64,000 nt of DNA from an uncultured Acidobacteriota bacterium (GCA_963784935.1 CAWATD010000006.1:270175-334174); one strand, 5' to 3'. Numbered from the stretch's first letter, positions 22,845 through 34,458 are shown. A program made the numbers and translations. Notes: generated by a model from the sequence alone, not told the origin.

Positions 22845-24058
22845 GCGACGAGAAGATCCCGCAGGCCGAAAAGGACGAGGCCGCCTACTTCGCCGAGCGG
22901 GCGAAGGCGGGCGCCGCAGCCGCGCGCGCCGCGACGGCCGGAGCGCCGGAGGCCCACACGCTGTTCGACGTCCAGGAGATGGAGCTCAACTTCGGCCCGC
23001 AGCACCCCTCGACGCACGGCGTGCTGCGGCTGGTGCTCAAGGTGGACGGCGAAAGGATCCTCGAGGCCAAACCCGACGTCGGCTACCTGCACCGCGGCAC
23101 CGAGAAGCTCTTCGAGACCGAGACCTACCCGATGGGGCTCCCGCACACCGACCGCCTGGACTACGTGGCGGCGGCGACGAACAACCATGCTTTCTGCCTG
23201 GCCGTGGAGAAGCTGCTCGGCGTCGAGGTCCCGCGCCGCGCGCAGCTCATCCGCGTGATCCTGGACGAGCTCCAGCGGCTTTCCTCGCACCTGGTGTGGC
23301 TGGGGACCTCGGGCATCGACCTCGGCGCGGTGACCCCGTTCTGGTACACATTCCGGGAGCGCGAGCAGATCCTCGACTTCTTCGAGGAGTACTGCGGCGC
23401 CCGGCTGACGCTGAACTGCATGCGCATCGGGGGGCTCCCGTTCGACCTGACGGCCGGCTGGACGGACCGCGTGGCCGAGTTCATCTCCGACCTGCCGGCC
23501 CGCATCGACGACTACGAGCAGCTCCTGACGGACAACCGCATCTGGAAGAAGCGCACGGTCGGCGTCGGTGTGATCTCGGCCGAAGAATGCGTCGAGTGGG
23601 GCCTGACCGGTCCGATCATCCGGGGCTCGGGCCTCGAATGGGACCTGCGCCGCGCCCAGCCCTACGAGTGCTACGAGGAGCTCGACTTCATCGTTCCCAC
23701 GCGGCAGAACGGGGACACATACGACCGGTACATCGTGCGCGTGCAGGAGATGCGCCAGAGCGCGCGGATCATCCGCCAGTGCCTCGAAAGGCTCGAGCCG
23801 GGCGAGGTCCGCGGCAAGGTGCCGCGCGTGATCAAGCCGCCGGCCGAGGAGGTGTATGCCTCGGTCGAGTCGCCCAAGGGCGAGCTCGGCTTCTATTGCG
23901 TTTCCAACGGCACCAACAAGCCCTACCGGATGCACGTGCGGCCGCCCTCCTTCATCAACCTGCAGGCGCTGCCGCGGCTGGCCAAGGGGCACCTGGTCTC
24001 CGACCTCGTGGCCCTGATCGGCACGATCGACATCGTGCTGGGGGAGGTCGACCGATGA
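22841..24058 (+). CDS. nuoD: NADH-quinone oxidoreductase subunit D (49 kDa)
   Basis: GTG start inside long ORF 21338..24058, overlapping the nuoC stop. Motifs NFGPQHPSTHGVLRL and YLHRGTEKL. Confidence 0.9.
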   Translation: MSDEKIPQAEKDEAAYFAERAKAGAAAARAATAGAPEAHTLFDVQEMELNFGPQHPSTHGVLRLVLKVDGERILEAKPDVGYLHRGTEKLFETETYPMGLPHTDRLDYVAAATNNHAFCLAVEKLLGVEVPRRAQLIRVILDELQRLSSHLVWLGTSGIDLGAVTPFWYTFREREQILDFFEEYCGARLTLNCMRIGGLPFDLTAGWTDRVAEFISDLPARIDDYEQLLTDNRIWKKRTVGVGVISAEECVEWGLTGPIIRGSGLEWDLRRAQPYECYEELDFIVPTRQNGDTYDRYIVRVQEMRQSARIIRQCLERLEPGEVRGKVPRVIKPPAEEVYASVESPKGELGFYCVSNGTNKPYRMHVRPPSFINLQALPRLAKGHLVSDLVALIGTIDIVLGEVDR

Positions 24059-25218
24059 ACCTGTCGGCCGAGTTCTGGACCTACGTCAAGGTCGTTCTGC
24101 TCGTGGCGATGGTGCCGGCGATCATCGGCTTCGTCGTCGTGCTCGCCGAGCGCCGGATCATGGCCTTCATGCAGGTGCGCCTCGGGCCCAACCGCGTCGG
24201 GCCGGAGGGGACGCTGCAGGGGGTTGCGGATCTCGTCAAGCTCGTGACGAAAGAGGACATAACCCCGGCCAGGGCCGAGAAGGCCGTGTACTTCCTCGCG
24301 CCGACCCTCGCCGTGATTCCCGCGCTCACCGCGCTCGCCGTGATCCCGTTCGGCCCGCCCATCCGGATCGGCAAGATCATGGTGCCGCTCTGGGTCGCCG
24401 ACGTGAACATCGGCCTGCTCTTCCTGCTCGCGATCACGTCGATCGGCGTCTACGGGATCATTCTCGGCGGCTGGTCCTCGAACAACAAGTACTCGCTGCT
24501 CGGCGGCCTGCGCTCGGCCGCGCAGCTCGTGTCCTACGAAGTGCCGATGGGCCTCGCGCTCGTGTCGGTGCTCCTGATGACGCGGTCCCTCTCGCTCGTC
24601 GAGATCGTGCGGCGCCAGGAGGCGATGGAGCTCTGGTTCGTCTTCCCGGGCCTGGTCGCCTTCTTCATCTACTTCGTGTCGGGCGTGGCCGAAACCAACC
24701 GCAACCCCTTCGACCTGCCCGAGGCCGAGTCGGAGCTCGTGTCGGGGTTCAACACCGAGTACTCCGGTGTCAAGTTCGCCTTTTTCTTCCTCGGCGAGTA
24801 CACGGCGATGATCATCATCTCGTGCGTCGCGGTGACGGTCTTTTTCGGGGGGTGGCTGGCGCCCTTCCCGAACGTCGCTGCGCTGCGGTTTCTCGGGCTG
24901 GTCCCGCCCCTGCTCTGGTTCGTCGCGAAGGTCGGGGTGTTCATATTCGCCTACATCTGGTTCCGCTCGACCTTTCCCCGGTACCGGTTCGACCAGCTCA
25001 TGGCCCTCGGCTGGAAATGGCTGATCCCGCTGGCGCTCTGCAACATCGTGGTAGTGGCACTGGCGATCCTGCTCTTCCCGGGCCGAACGACCGGCCTCGT
25101 CTGGCTCGCCTGGATCTTCGGCGCCCTATTCGTCCTGATGTTTCTGCTCTCGAAACTCCGGCAGAAGCTCGCGCGGCGCGAGCGGCTGGCCGCCGAGCCG
25201 CACCCGGTGGAGGGCTGA
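24055..25218 (+). CDS. nuoH: NADH-quinone oxidoreductase subunit H
   Basis: Polytopic ND1 homolog (ERRIMAFMQVRLGPNRVGP...); ATGA overlap with the nuoD stop. Confidence 0.95.
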   Translation: MNLSAEFWTYVKVVLLVAMVPAIIGFVVVLAERRIMAFMQVRLGPNRVGPEGTLQGVADLVKLVTKEDITPARAEKAVYFLAPTLAVIPALTALAVIPFGPPIRIGKIMVPLWVADVNIGLLFLLAITSIGVYGIILGGWSSNNKYSLLGGLRSAAQLVSYEVPMGLALVSVLLMTRSLSLVEIVRRQEAMELWFVFPGLVAFFIYFVSGVAETNRNPFDLPEAESELVSGFNTEYSGVKFAFFFLGEYTAMIIISCVAVTVFFGGWLAPFPNVAALRFLGLVPPLLWFVAKVGVFIFAYIWFRSTFPRYRFDQLMALGWKWLIPLALCNIVVVALAILLFPGRTTGLVWLAWIFGALFVLMFLLSKLRQKLARRERLAAEPHPVEG

Positions 25219-25222
25219 TCCG

Positions 25223-25705
25223 GTGGCTCTGAAGCAATGGCTCGACCGGATCGCGCTGCTCGACCTGTTCGACGGCCTCTCCGTCACGGGGCGGCACCTG
25301 TTCAAGAAGAAGCTCACGATCGAGTACCCCGAGTCGAAGAAGCTGCCGTCCGACCGATTCCGCGGGATGTTCCGGCTCGACGAGGACCGGTGCATCAAGT
25401 GCACGCTGTGCGCGATCGAGTGCCCGATCAACATCATCTACATCGACTGGCACAACGAGAAGGACGAGGCCGCCAAGTCCGTCAAGGTGCTCGACCGCTT
25501 CGACGTGGACCTGAAGCGCTGCATGTTCTGCCAGCTCTGCGAGGAAGCCTGCCCGACGGTGCCGAAGTCGATCTGGCTGACGACGAAGACCTACGAGATG
25601 GCGTCGTACGACCGCAACGAGTCGCTCTATCTCGACATTCGCAAGCTCACCGACTGGCGCGAGGCGCCGAACGTGAAGCCTTTCACGGTCGTGGAGAGGG
25701 GCTAA
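25223..25705 (+). CDS. nuoI: NADH-quinone oxidoreductase subunit I
   Basis: 160 aa with two 4Fe-4S ferredoxin motifs (CIKCTLCAIECP, CMFCQLCEEACP). Confidence 0.95.
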   Translation: MALKQWLDRIALLDLFDGLSVTGRHLFKKKLTIEYPESKKLPSDRFRGMFRLDEDRCIKCTLCAIECPINIIYIDWHNEKDEAAKSVKVLDRFDVDLKRCMFCQLCEEACPTVPKSIWLTTKTYEMASYDRNESLYLDIRKLTDWREAPNVKPFTVVERG

Positions 25706-25710
25706 GCCCG

Positions 25711-26265
25711 ATGGAGGCAGGGGTGCTGCTGACCGGAGGCGCGGGCTGGCTCTTTGCGATCTTCGCGGTCCTGGCGCTCGCGTCGGCCATCGCCGTCGTG
25801 GCGGCGAGAAACCCCGTCCATTCGGCGCTCTTCCTGCTCCTGTCGTTCGTCCTCGTGGCCGCCATCTTCATCCTGCAGCAGGCGGAGTTCGTCGGAGCGG
25901 TCCAGATGCTCGTGTACGCGGGCGGCATCATGGTCCTGTTCCTGTTCGTCGTCATGCTCGTGAACCCGGGCGTCGTGTCGGCGGGCAAGGCATTCCAGAC
26001 CCAGTTCGACGTCGCGCTCGTCCTGCTGCCGGTCTTCCTGCTTCCGTTCCTCTACATCCTCGGCACCGAAAAGCTCCCGGACGTCGCGGTCAAGCCGGAT
26101 GCGTTCCGGATGGTCGGCGACAAGATCGCGGGCAACACCGAGGCGGTGGCGTGGGTGCTCTTCCGCGACTACCTCGTGCCCTTCGAGGTCGCCTCGGTGT
26201 TCCTGCTCGTCGCGATGGTCGGGGCGGTGGTGCTGGGGAAGCGGTCGCTGGAGAAGATGGACTGA
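25711..26265 (+). CDS. nuoJ: NADH-quinone oxidoreductase subunit J
   Basis: Internal ATG of ORF 25237..26265; ND6-like hydrophobic protein. Confidence 0.9.
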   Translation: MEAGVLLTGGAGWLFAIFAVLALASAIAVVAARNPVHSALFLLLSFVLVAAIFILQQAEFVGAVQMLVYAGGIMVLFLFVVMLVNPGVVSAGKAFQTQFDVALVLLPVFLLPFLYILGTEKLPDVAVKPDAFRMVGDKIAGNTEAVAWVLFRDYLVPFEVASVFLLVAMVGAVVLGKRSLEKMD

Positions 26266-26269
26266 TGCC

Positions 26270-26575
26270 ATGACGATCACCATCAACCACTACCTGATCG
26301 TCAGCTTCCTGCTCTTCTCGATCGGCTTCATGGGAGTTCTGGTGCGGCGCAACTTCCTGACGATCCTCATGTCGGTCGAGCTGATGCTGAACGCCGTCAA
26401 CCTGAACCTGATCGCGTTCTCACGGCGGCTCTCCGATCTGACGGGGCAGGTGTTCTCGATCTTCGTCATCACGATCGCCGCGGGCGAAGCCGCAATCGGC
26501 CTCGCGCTCACGATCTCCTTCTTCCGGCAGCGCAAGACGCTGGACGTCGAAGAAGCCCGGACGATGCAGGGATAG
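26270..26575 (+). CDS. nuoK: NADH-quinone oxidoreductase subunit K
   Basis: 101 aa ND4L homolog (MTITINHYLIVSFLLFSIGFMGVLVRRN...). Confidence 0.9.
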   Translation: MTITINHYLIVSFLLFSIGFMGVLVRRNFLTILMSVELMLNAVNLNLIAFSRRLSDLTGQVFSIFVITIAAGEAAIGLALTISFFRQRKTLDVEEARTMQG

Positions 26576-26587
26576 CGAGAGCACGCG

Positions 26588-28770
26588 ATGAAGAACCTGA
26601 TCTGGGCGATCCCGCTGTTTCCGCTGGCGGGATTCCTCATCAACGGCCTCCTGTACCTGGTGACGCACCGGACAGAGGGGGAGGCACACGGGGGCCACGG
26701 GGACGCGGGCCACGCGGCTCCCGCGGCGGCCGCTGCGCCCGATGCGCACGGCGGCGGGCACGGAGGGGCGCACGCCATCCCCTTCCAGTTCGTCCATACG
26801 GTGGTCGGCGCGGGCAGCGTCGCGATCGCGTGCCTGCTGGCATTCGGAGCGATCTTCGACGTGGGCCTGAAGGCGTTCGCCGAGGGCGCTTCGCACACCG
26901 TGACCCTCTACCGGTGGATCCCGCTCGGCGTCAACCAGTCGGTCGGGCAGATTCCCGGGGGCGTGGGCGACTGGGTCGTGGACGCCGCGTTCCGGCTCGA
27001 TTCGCTGTCGGCGCTGATGCTCGCCTTCGTGACGTTCGTCGGTTTCCTGATCCACGTCTACTCGGCCGGGTACATGGCGCACGAGGAGGGCTACGGCCGG
27101 TACTTCGCCTACCTGAACCTCTTCATGTTCGCGATGCTCGTGCTCGTCCTCGGCGCGAACTTCCTGATGCTCTTCGTCGGGTGGGAAGGCGTGGGCCTGT
27201 GCTCGTACCTGCTCATCGGGTACTACTACGAGAAGGACTTTGCGGCCGACGCCGGCAAGAAGGCCTTCGTCGTCAACCGCATCGGCGACTTCGGCTTCGT
27301 GCTCGGCATCTTCGGGGTCTTCGCCCTCTTCGGCTCGCTCGACTTCCAGAAGGTGTTCGCGGCGGCCGCGGCGAACCCCTCGGCGTACACGCCGTACATG
27401 ACGGTCGTCTGCCTGCTCCTCTTCGTCGGGGCCTGCGGCAAGTCGGCGCAGTTCCCGCTGTACGTCTGGCTGCCCGACGCCATGGCCGGCCCGACGCCGG
27501 TGTCGGCGCTCATCCATGCGGCGACGATGGTGACGGCAGGCGTCTACATGGTGGCGCGCTGCAACGTGTTCTTCCGCCTGGCGCCGAACGCGATGATCGT
27601 CGTCGCCGTCGTGGGCGCCTTCACGGCGCTCTTTGCGGCGACGATCGGCCTGGCCCAGAACGACATCAAGAAGGTGCTGGCGTACTCGACGGTGTCGCAG
27701 CTCGGGTACATGTTTCTGGCGTGCGGCGTCGGGGCCTTCACCGAGGGCATGTTCCACGTCACGACCCACGCGTTCTTCAAGGCCTGCCTCTTCCTCGGCG
27801 CCGGTTCCGTCATCCACGCGATGGGCGGGGAGCAGGACATCCGGAGGATGGGCGGCCTGGCGAAGAAGATCCCGAGGACGTACTGGACGTTCTTCGATCG
27901 CCACGCTGACGATCTGCGGGCGTGCCGTTTCTCGCGGCCTTCTTCTCGAAGGACGCGATCAAGGCGGCCGTCTTCCACGCCGAGTTCGAGGCCGTTCCGT
28001 GGCTGCCGCGGGTGCTCTACGCGGTCGCCCTCTTCACGGCGGGACTGACGGCCTTCTACATGTTCCGGCTGCTGTCGCTGACGTTCTGGGGCAAGTTCCG
28101 TGGCACGCAGGAGCAGGAGTCGCACGTGCACGAGTCGCCGGCCTCGATGACGGTGCCGCTGATGGTGCTGGCGTTTCTCTCGATCGTGTCGGGCTACGTG
28201 GGCGTGCCGATCATCGAACACGGCGACCGGATCGGCGAGTTCCTGAAGCCCATCCGGTTGCCGATCGCGGGGCTCTCCGAGAAGGCCCACCATGCGCCGC
28301 TCTCGCTCGAGCTCGCGCTCATGGCCGCGGCCGTCGCCGTCGCCTCGGTCGGCATCTACCTCGCGTGGTCCTGGTATGCGAAGGGCGAGGGCCGCACGCC
28401 GGCGCGCCTGGCCGAACACTGGCCCGGCGTCTACCGCGCCGTCTCCAACAAGTATTTCGTGGACGAGGCCTACGACCGGGTCTTCGTCAACGGCCTGGCC
28501 CTCGGCGGCGGCCGCTTCCTGTGGGAAGTGGACGCCACGGTCGTCGACCTCATTCCCAACGGGGCCGCGGCCCTCACGCTGGGCGCGTCCTGGATGGCTT
28601 CGCTCTTCGATCAGTACGTCGTGGACGGCCTCGTCAACGGCGTGGCCGCCACGCTGCAGGGGCTCTTCGGACTCTTCCGCAAGGCCCAGACGGGAAGGGT
28701 GCAGAACTATGCGCTGGTCATGGGCGGAGGCCTGTTCTGCCTGGTGGCCGTCTATTTGTTGTTTCGTTGA
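26588..28770 (+). CDS. nuoL: NADH-quinone oxidoreductase subunit L (ND5-like antiporter subunit), reading frame interrupted
   Basis: ORF 26588..28048 (junk after ...IPRTYWTFF) and ORF 27922..28770 (begins ...PFLAAFFSKDAI) are the two halves of NuoL. A 1-nt indel lies near 27895-27925. The N-terminal loop carries a His/Gly-rich insertion. Confidence 0.8.
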
Positions 28771-28794
28771 GATGAGTCAACACGAGGAAGTCGC

Positions 28795-30395
<1,601 letters not shown>

Positions 30396-30399
<4 letters not shown>

Positions 30400-31847
30400 G
30401 GTTTGCGTTTGCCCCGTCTGACTGGATTCTGCTGTCGCCCGAGCTCTTCCTGACGGCGGCGGGCCTCCTGCTGCTCGGCCTCTCGGTGGCCTTCGGCAAG
30501 AAGCGCGAGGAGTTCCTGGCGTTCCTGGCGGTCCTCGCGATCCTGGTGACCGCGGCCCTGCTCTTCTTCGTCTCGGGCCAGGCGGGCCGCAAGACCCCGA
30601 TCCTCCAGGGCACCTTCGTGGTGGACAACTTCGCCCTGTTCTTCAAGGCGCTGATCCTCCTGTCGATCGCCCTGACGGTGCTCGCCTCGGTGCGATTCGT
30701 CGGGGCGGCGCCCTATCCGGGTGGCGAGTACTACGCGCTCCTGCTCTTCTCGGGAGTCGGGATGCTCTTCATGGCATCGGGCAACAACCTGATCTCGATC
30801 TACGTGTCGCTCGAGCTGATGGCGCTCTCGTCCTACATCCTCGCCGGGTATTTCAAGGCCGAGGCGAAGTCGACCGAGGCGGCGCTGAAGTACTTCATCC
30901 TCGGCGCCTTCTCGTCGGGCGTGTTGCTCTACGGCCTGTCGCTCGTCTACGGGGTGGCCGGGATCATGGGCGTGCCGGAGCTCGGGAAGCTCTTCGCCTC
31001 GGCCGAGCGGTCGAACCTGCTGATGCTGGGGATCCTGCTGGTCCTGGCGGGCCTGCTCTTCAAGATCGCCGCCGTGCCGTTCCACGTCTGGGTGCCGGAC
31101 GTCTACGAGGGCTCGCCGACGCCGGTGACGGCATTTTTCTCGGTCGGCCCGAAGGTCGCCGCGTACGCGATCCTCGCCCGGATCTTCTACGTGGCGTTCG
31201 CGAAATTCCATGCCGACTGGGGCCTCGTCCTCGCGCTCGTGTCCGCGGCCACGATGGTCCTCGGCAACATCGCGGCGCTCCTGCAGTCCAACGTGAAGCG
31301 CATGTTCGCCTACTCGTCGATCGCCAACGCCGGGTACGCGCTGCTCGGCGTCCTCGGGTTCCGGACGGAGTGGGGCCTCTGGGGGATCCTGATTTACCTG
31401 CTGGCCTACACCTTCATGAACTTCGGCGCCTTCACGCTCGTGATCCTGCTCGAGAGCAAGGGGTATGCGGGGGAGCTGGTGTCGGACTTCAACGGCCTCG
31501 CAAAGCGGAGCATGCCGGCGGCGGTCGTGATGCTGCTGTTCCTGCTGTCGCTGGCCGGGATCCCGCCGACCGCGGGATTCATCGGCAAGTACTACCTCTT
31601 CACGGCGGCCATGAAGGCGGGGTACGCATGGCTCGCGGTCCTCGCCGTCGTCATGTCGGCCGTGTCGCTCTTCTACTACTTCCGGATCGCGGCCGCGATG
31701 TTCTTCACCGATGGGCCCGCCGCGAAGCTCACGAGCTCGTACGCGCTGACGGCGGTCCTCGTCATCTGCGCGACCGGCACGATCGTGATCGGCGTCGCGC
31801 CGCAGCCGTTCCTGTCGGTCCTAAAGGCCTGCGTCCTGACGCCGTAA
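30396..31847 (+). CDS. nuoN: NADH-quinone oxidoreductase subunit N
   Basis: ATG inside ORF 28959..31847, overlapping the nuoM stop (ATGA); ND2-like. Confidence 0.9.
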
Positions 31848-31881
31848 GGCCCGGCATCCGGCCTCCCGATAGAATCCCCTC

Positions 31882-32085
31882 ATGGAACCCCGTCGCGGGT
31901 GGGCCGAGGCCGTGGCCCTCGGCATCATGTTCCCGGCGCTCCTGGCCGCGGGCTACCTGCTCGGAAAGTGGGTCGGCCGCTGGCTCGGGCTGGGGGAGTG
32001 GACGGCCATCCTGGGCGCCGCGGTTGGGGTCCTCGGCGCCTTCGTCGAGCTCTTCCGGTGGTCCGCGCGGCAGGACGGCGAATGA
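31882..32085 (+). CDS. atpZ: AtpZ/ATPase_gene1-family small membrane protein
   Basis: 67 aa, two TM helices with a Gly-zipper (AVALGIMFPALLAAGYLLGKWVGRWLGLGEWTAILGAAVGVLGAF); located immediately before atpI and atpB. Confidence 0.7.
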   Translation: MEPRRGWAEAVALGIMFPALLAAGYLLGKWVGRWLGLGEWTAILGAAVGVLGAFVELFRWSARQDGE

Positions 32086-32447
32086 CCGGCGAGGATCGGA
32101 TCCTCCGGCGCATCCAGCGCCGCGCGATCGTATTCACAACTCTTTGTGCAGCCGTGGCTTGCGCCTTCGATTGGCGCGCCGGCCTTTCCTTGACAATCGG
32201 CGCGGCCGTGGTAATTTCCAGCCTTCTGGTTCTCGAGAAGCTGACCGAGCGTCTCGTTCCCCCGCAGGCGAAGCATGGGATCCGCGCGCTGGTTCCCTTC
32301 CTGCTGGTGACGGCCGCGAGCGTCCTGCTCCTCGGGGTGGCGGCCTTCCGGTGGAAGGGTTTCAGCCTGGCGGGTGGTGCCGCGGGGGTCTCGGTGGCGG
32401 TGGCGGCCGTCGTTCTGGAAGGGTTCGAGCGAGGGCGAGGGGAGTAA
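32082..32447 (+). CDS. atpI: ATP synthase protein I
   Basis: Internal ATG of ORF 31899..32447 overlapping the atpZ stop; about 121 aa hydrophobic protein preceding atpB. Confidence 0.65.
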   Translation: MTGEDRILRRIQRRAIVFTTLCAAVACAFDWRAGLSLTIGAAVVISSLLVLEKLTERLVPPQAKHGIRALVPFLLVTAASVLLLGVAAFRWKGFSLAGGAAGVSVAVAAVVLEGFERGRGE

Positions 32448-32460
32448 GACAGGGCCGACA

Positions 32461-33222
32461 ATGGAACATCACTCGTTTCTCTACGGGCCGGTCAATCGCC
32501 TGCTCCTCGCAATCTTCGGCCCTCCGCCGGTCTCGAAGTTTTCGGCGGGATGGGCCGCGTTCCTGTTTCCGGACGGGGCGAAGGCCTGGATTCCGGACGC
32601 GGCGATCATGGTGCTCCTGCTGACGGCGATCATCGCCGTTCTCTTTCCGCTGGCCGCGCGCCGCTTCGACGCGCACCGTCCGGGCGGCGTCCAGAACTTC
32701 CTGGAGATGATCGTCGGCGCGATCCGGGGCCTCCTCGAGGACGTCATCGGGCATGGCGCGGGAAAGAAATACCTCCCGGTCATCGGGACCTTCGCGCTCT
32801 TCATCTTCATCGGCAACCTGTTCGGCCTGTTCTTCCCGCTGCAGCCTCCGACCGGGTCGCTCTCGACGACCGTCGCCCTGGCCGTGATCTCGTTTCTTTA
32901 CTTCAACTGGCAGGGCATCCGGGAAAACGGGATTCTCGGCTTCCTCAAGCACTTCATGGGGCCGGTGTGGTGGCTCGCCCCCCTCTTTTTCGTCATCGAG
33001 ATCATCGGCAATTTCGCCCGCATCCTGTCGCTGTCGCTGCGCCTCTTCATGAACATCTCGGGCGAGCACACGGTGACCGGGTTCTTCGCGAGTCTGGTGC
33101 CGATCGTGGTGCCATGGCCGCTGATGGCCCTCGGGCTTTTCACGGCGCTCCTGCAGTCATTCATTTTCGTCACGCTCACGGCCGTGTACATCAACCTGTC
33201 CACGGCTCACGAAGAACACTGA
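32461..33222 (+). CDS. atpB: F0F1 ATP synthase subunit a
   Basis: Internal ATG of ORF 32374..33222. Conserved a-subunit Arg region ...FARILSLSLRLFMNISGEH... and 5-6 TM helices. Confidence 0.9.
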   Translation: MEHHSFLYGPVNRLLLAIFGPPPVSKFSAGWAAFLFPDGAKAWIPDAAIMVLLLTAIIAVLFPLAARRFDAHRPGGVQNFLEMIVGAIRGLLEDVIGHGAGKKYLPVIGTFALFIFIGNLFGLFFPLQPPTGSLSTTVALAVISFLYFNWQGIRENGILGFLKHFMGPVWWLAPLFFVIEIIGNFARILSLSLRLFMNISGEHTVTGFFASLVPIVVPWPLMALGLFTALLQSFIFVTLTAVYINLSTAHEEH

Positions 33223-33253
33223 AATCGTTCGAGAGGAAGAAGGAGAAGCACGG

Positions 33254-33574
33254 ATGTTGAAGAAAGCGTTCTTGATCGGAATCGTCGCCCTGGCCTGCAT
33301 GGCCCTGCCGGCGATGGCCCAGGAGCCGGGGGCAGGCGGTGTCGCGACCAGTGGAGTTCGCTGGGGCGCGATCTCCGCGGCGTTCCTGCTCGGAATCGCG
33401 GCGGCGGCGGGCGCGATGGCGCAGGGACGGGCCACGTCCGCGGCGGCCGAGGCCATGTCGCGCAATCCGGGCGCGGCGGGGCCGATCCGTCTCATGACGA
33501 TCATCGGTCTGGCCCTCATCGAGTCGCTCGTGCTGTACGCCCTTCTGATCGCGGGCCAGATCAGCAAGCTCTAG
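33254..33574 (+). CDS. atpE: F0F1 ATP synthase subunit c, with N-terminal signal-peptide-like extension
   Basis: 106 aa. MLKKAFLIGIVALACMALPAMAQEP is followed by the canonical c-subunit hairpin (...MAQGRATSAAAEAMSRNPG... IIGLALIESLVLYALLIAG) with a conserved Glu. Confidence 0.85.
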   Translation: MLKKAFLIGIVALACMALPAMAQEPGAGGVATSGVRWGAISAAFLLGIAAAAGAMAQGRATSAAAEAMSRNPGAAGPIRLMTIIGLALIESLVLYALLIAGQISKL

Positions 33575-33584
33575 GCCGAAACCC

Positions 33585-33630
33585 GGGCCTCCCGCCTTTT
33601 GAGGTTGGGAGGCCCTCTTTGTCTCCTTTT
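33585..33630 (+). terminator. rho-independent terminator after atpE
   Basis: GGGCCTCCC-N13-GGGAGGCCC stem followed by the T-rich tract TCTTTGTCTCCTTTT. Confidence 0.55.
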
Positions 33631-33635
33631 GGGTA

Positions 33636-33669
33636 CATCCTGACCCCGGGTGGAAACCCCCGGGCCCGG
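33636..33669. repeat. degenerate relative of the REP-like repeat (CATCCTGACCCCGGGTGGAAACCCCCGGGCCCGG)
   Basis: Shares the CATCCTGA start and a GC hairpin but lacks the CCGAAGGATC arm. Confidence 0.3.
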
Positions 33670-33744
33670 CCGGACGTACTTCCCAGGTGAAAAGGCTGCG
33701 ACGCGCCGGGGGTCTACTCCGTAGAAAACTCGGAGGTTAGCCTG

Positions 33745-34458
33745 GTGCGACCGACGGCGGAAGCCGCCTCGGCCGGATGGGCAAGGATTTTGCGAAAAGA
33801 AAACAACATGGAAAGACTAAGCCTGCAGCTAGCTCCCGAACCGGTTGCTCCGCAGCCCGTGTCCGCGTGGGATTTCAACTCCCAGGTCATGCCGTTCGTG
33901 GATTCGCTCTACAACACGGCCTACAGGATGACCCGCTCCTCCGAGGACGCCGAAGACCTCGTTCAGGAGACCTTCTTCAAGGCCTATAAGTACTACGACA
34001 AGTTCGAGGAAGGCACGAACCTGAAGGCCTGGCTCTTCAAGATCTTGAAGAACACTTTCATCAATAACTACCGCAAGAAGAAGCTCGAGCCCCGCAGCGT
34101 CGATTTTGCGGAGATCGAGGATTCCTTCGAGCGGATCGTCCGCCGCGACAGCGCCCAGCCCGGGTCCGACCCCGAGACCGAGTTCTTCACGGGTGTCATG
34201 GACGACGACGTCCGCAAGTCCCTGGAAGCCCTTCCCTATGACTACCGGATGGTCGTGATCCTGGCCGACCTCGAGGACTTCTCCTACAAGGAGATCGCCG
34301 AGATCCTGGACTGCCCGGTCGGCACGGTCATGTCGCGCCTCTACCGGGGCCGCAAGCTCCTCGAAAAGGCCCTCCTGAAATACGCCCGGAAGCACGGGTA
34401 CATCCGGGGAGCGGAACCGACCAAGATGCGCACCCGTCCCCGCCCGCAGACCGCCTGA
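33745..34458 (+). CDS. ECF sigma factor (RpoE/sigma-24-like)
   Basis: Region 2 ([20 protein letters not shown]...[20 protein letters not shown]) and region 4 ([25 protein letters not shown]). GTG start with a GGAGG ribosome-binding site 7 nt upstream; an alternative ATG lies at 33808. Confidence 0.85.
   Translation: MRPTAEAASAGWARILRKENNMERLSLQLAPEPVAPQPVSAWDFNSQVMPFVDSLYNTAYRMTRSSEDAEDLVQETFFKAYKYYDKFEEGTNLKAWLFKILKNTFINNYRKKKLEPRSVDFAEIEDSFERIVRRDSAQPGSDPETEFFTGVMDDDVRKSLEALPYDYRMVVILADLEDFSYKEIAEILDCPVGTVMSRLYRGRKLLEKALLKYARKHGYIRGAEPTKMRTRPRPQTA

Noticed and set aside
26660-26790. His-rich stretch in NuoL as a separate small gene or sequencing artefact
   Set aside because: It is in frame and contiguous with the conserved NuoL TM1 and TM2 on both sides, so it is an internal insertion rather than a separate ORF.
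32374-32460. Longer atpB start (MVPRGSRWRW...) from ORF 32374
   Set aside because: The N-terminal 29 codons overlap the atpI 3-prime end and are non-hydrophobic junk. The conserved a-subunit begins at the internal Met (MEHHSFLYGP) at 32461.
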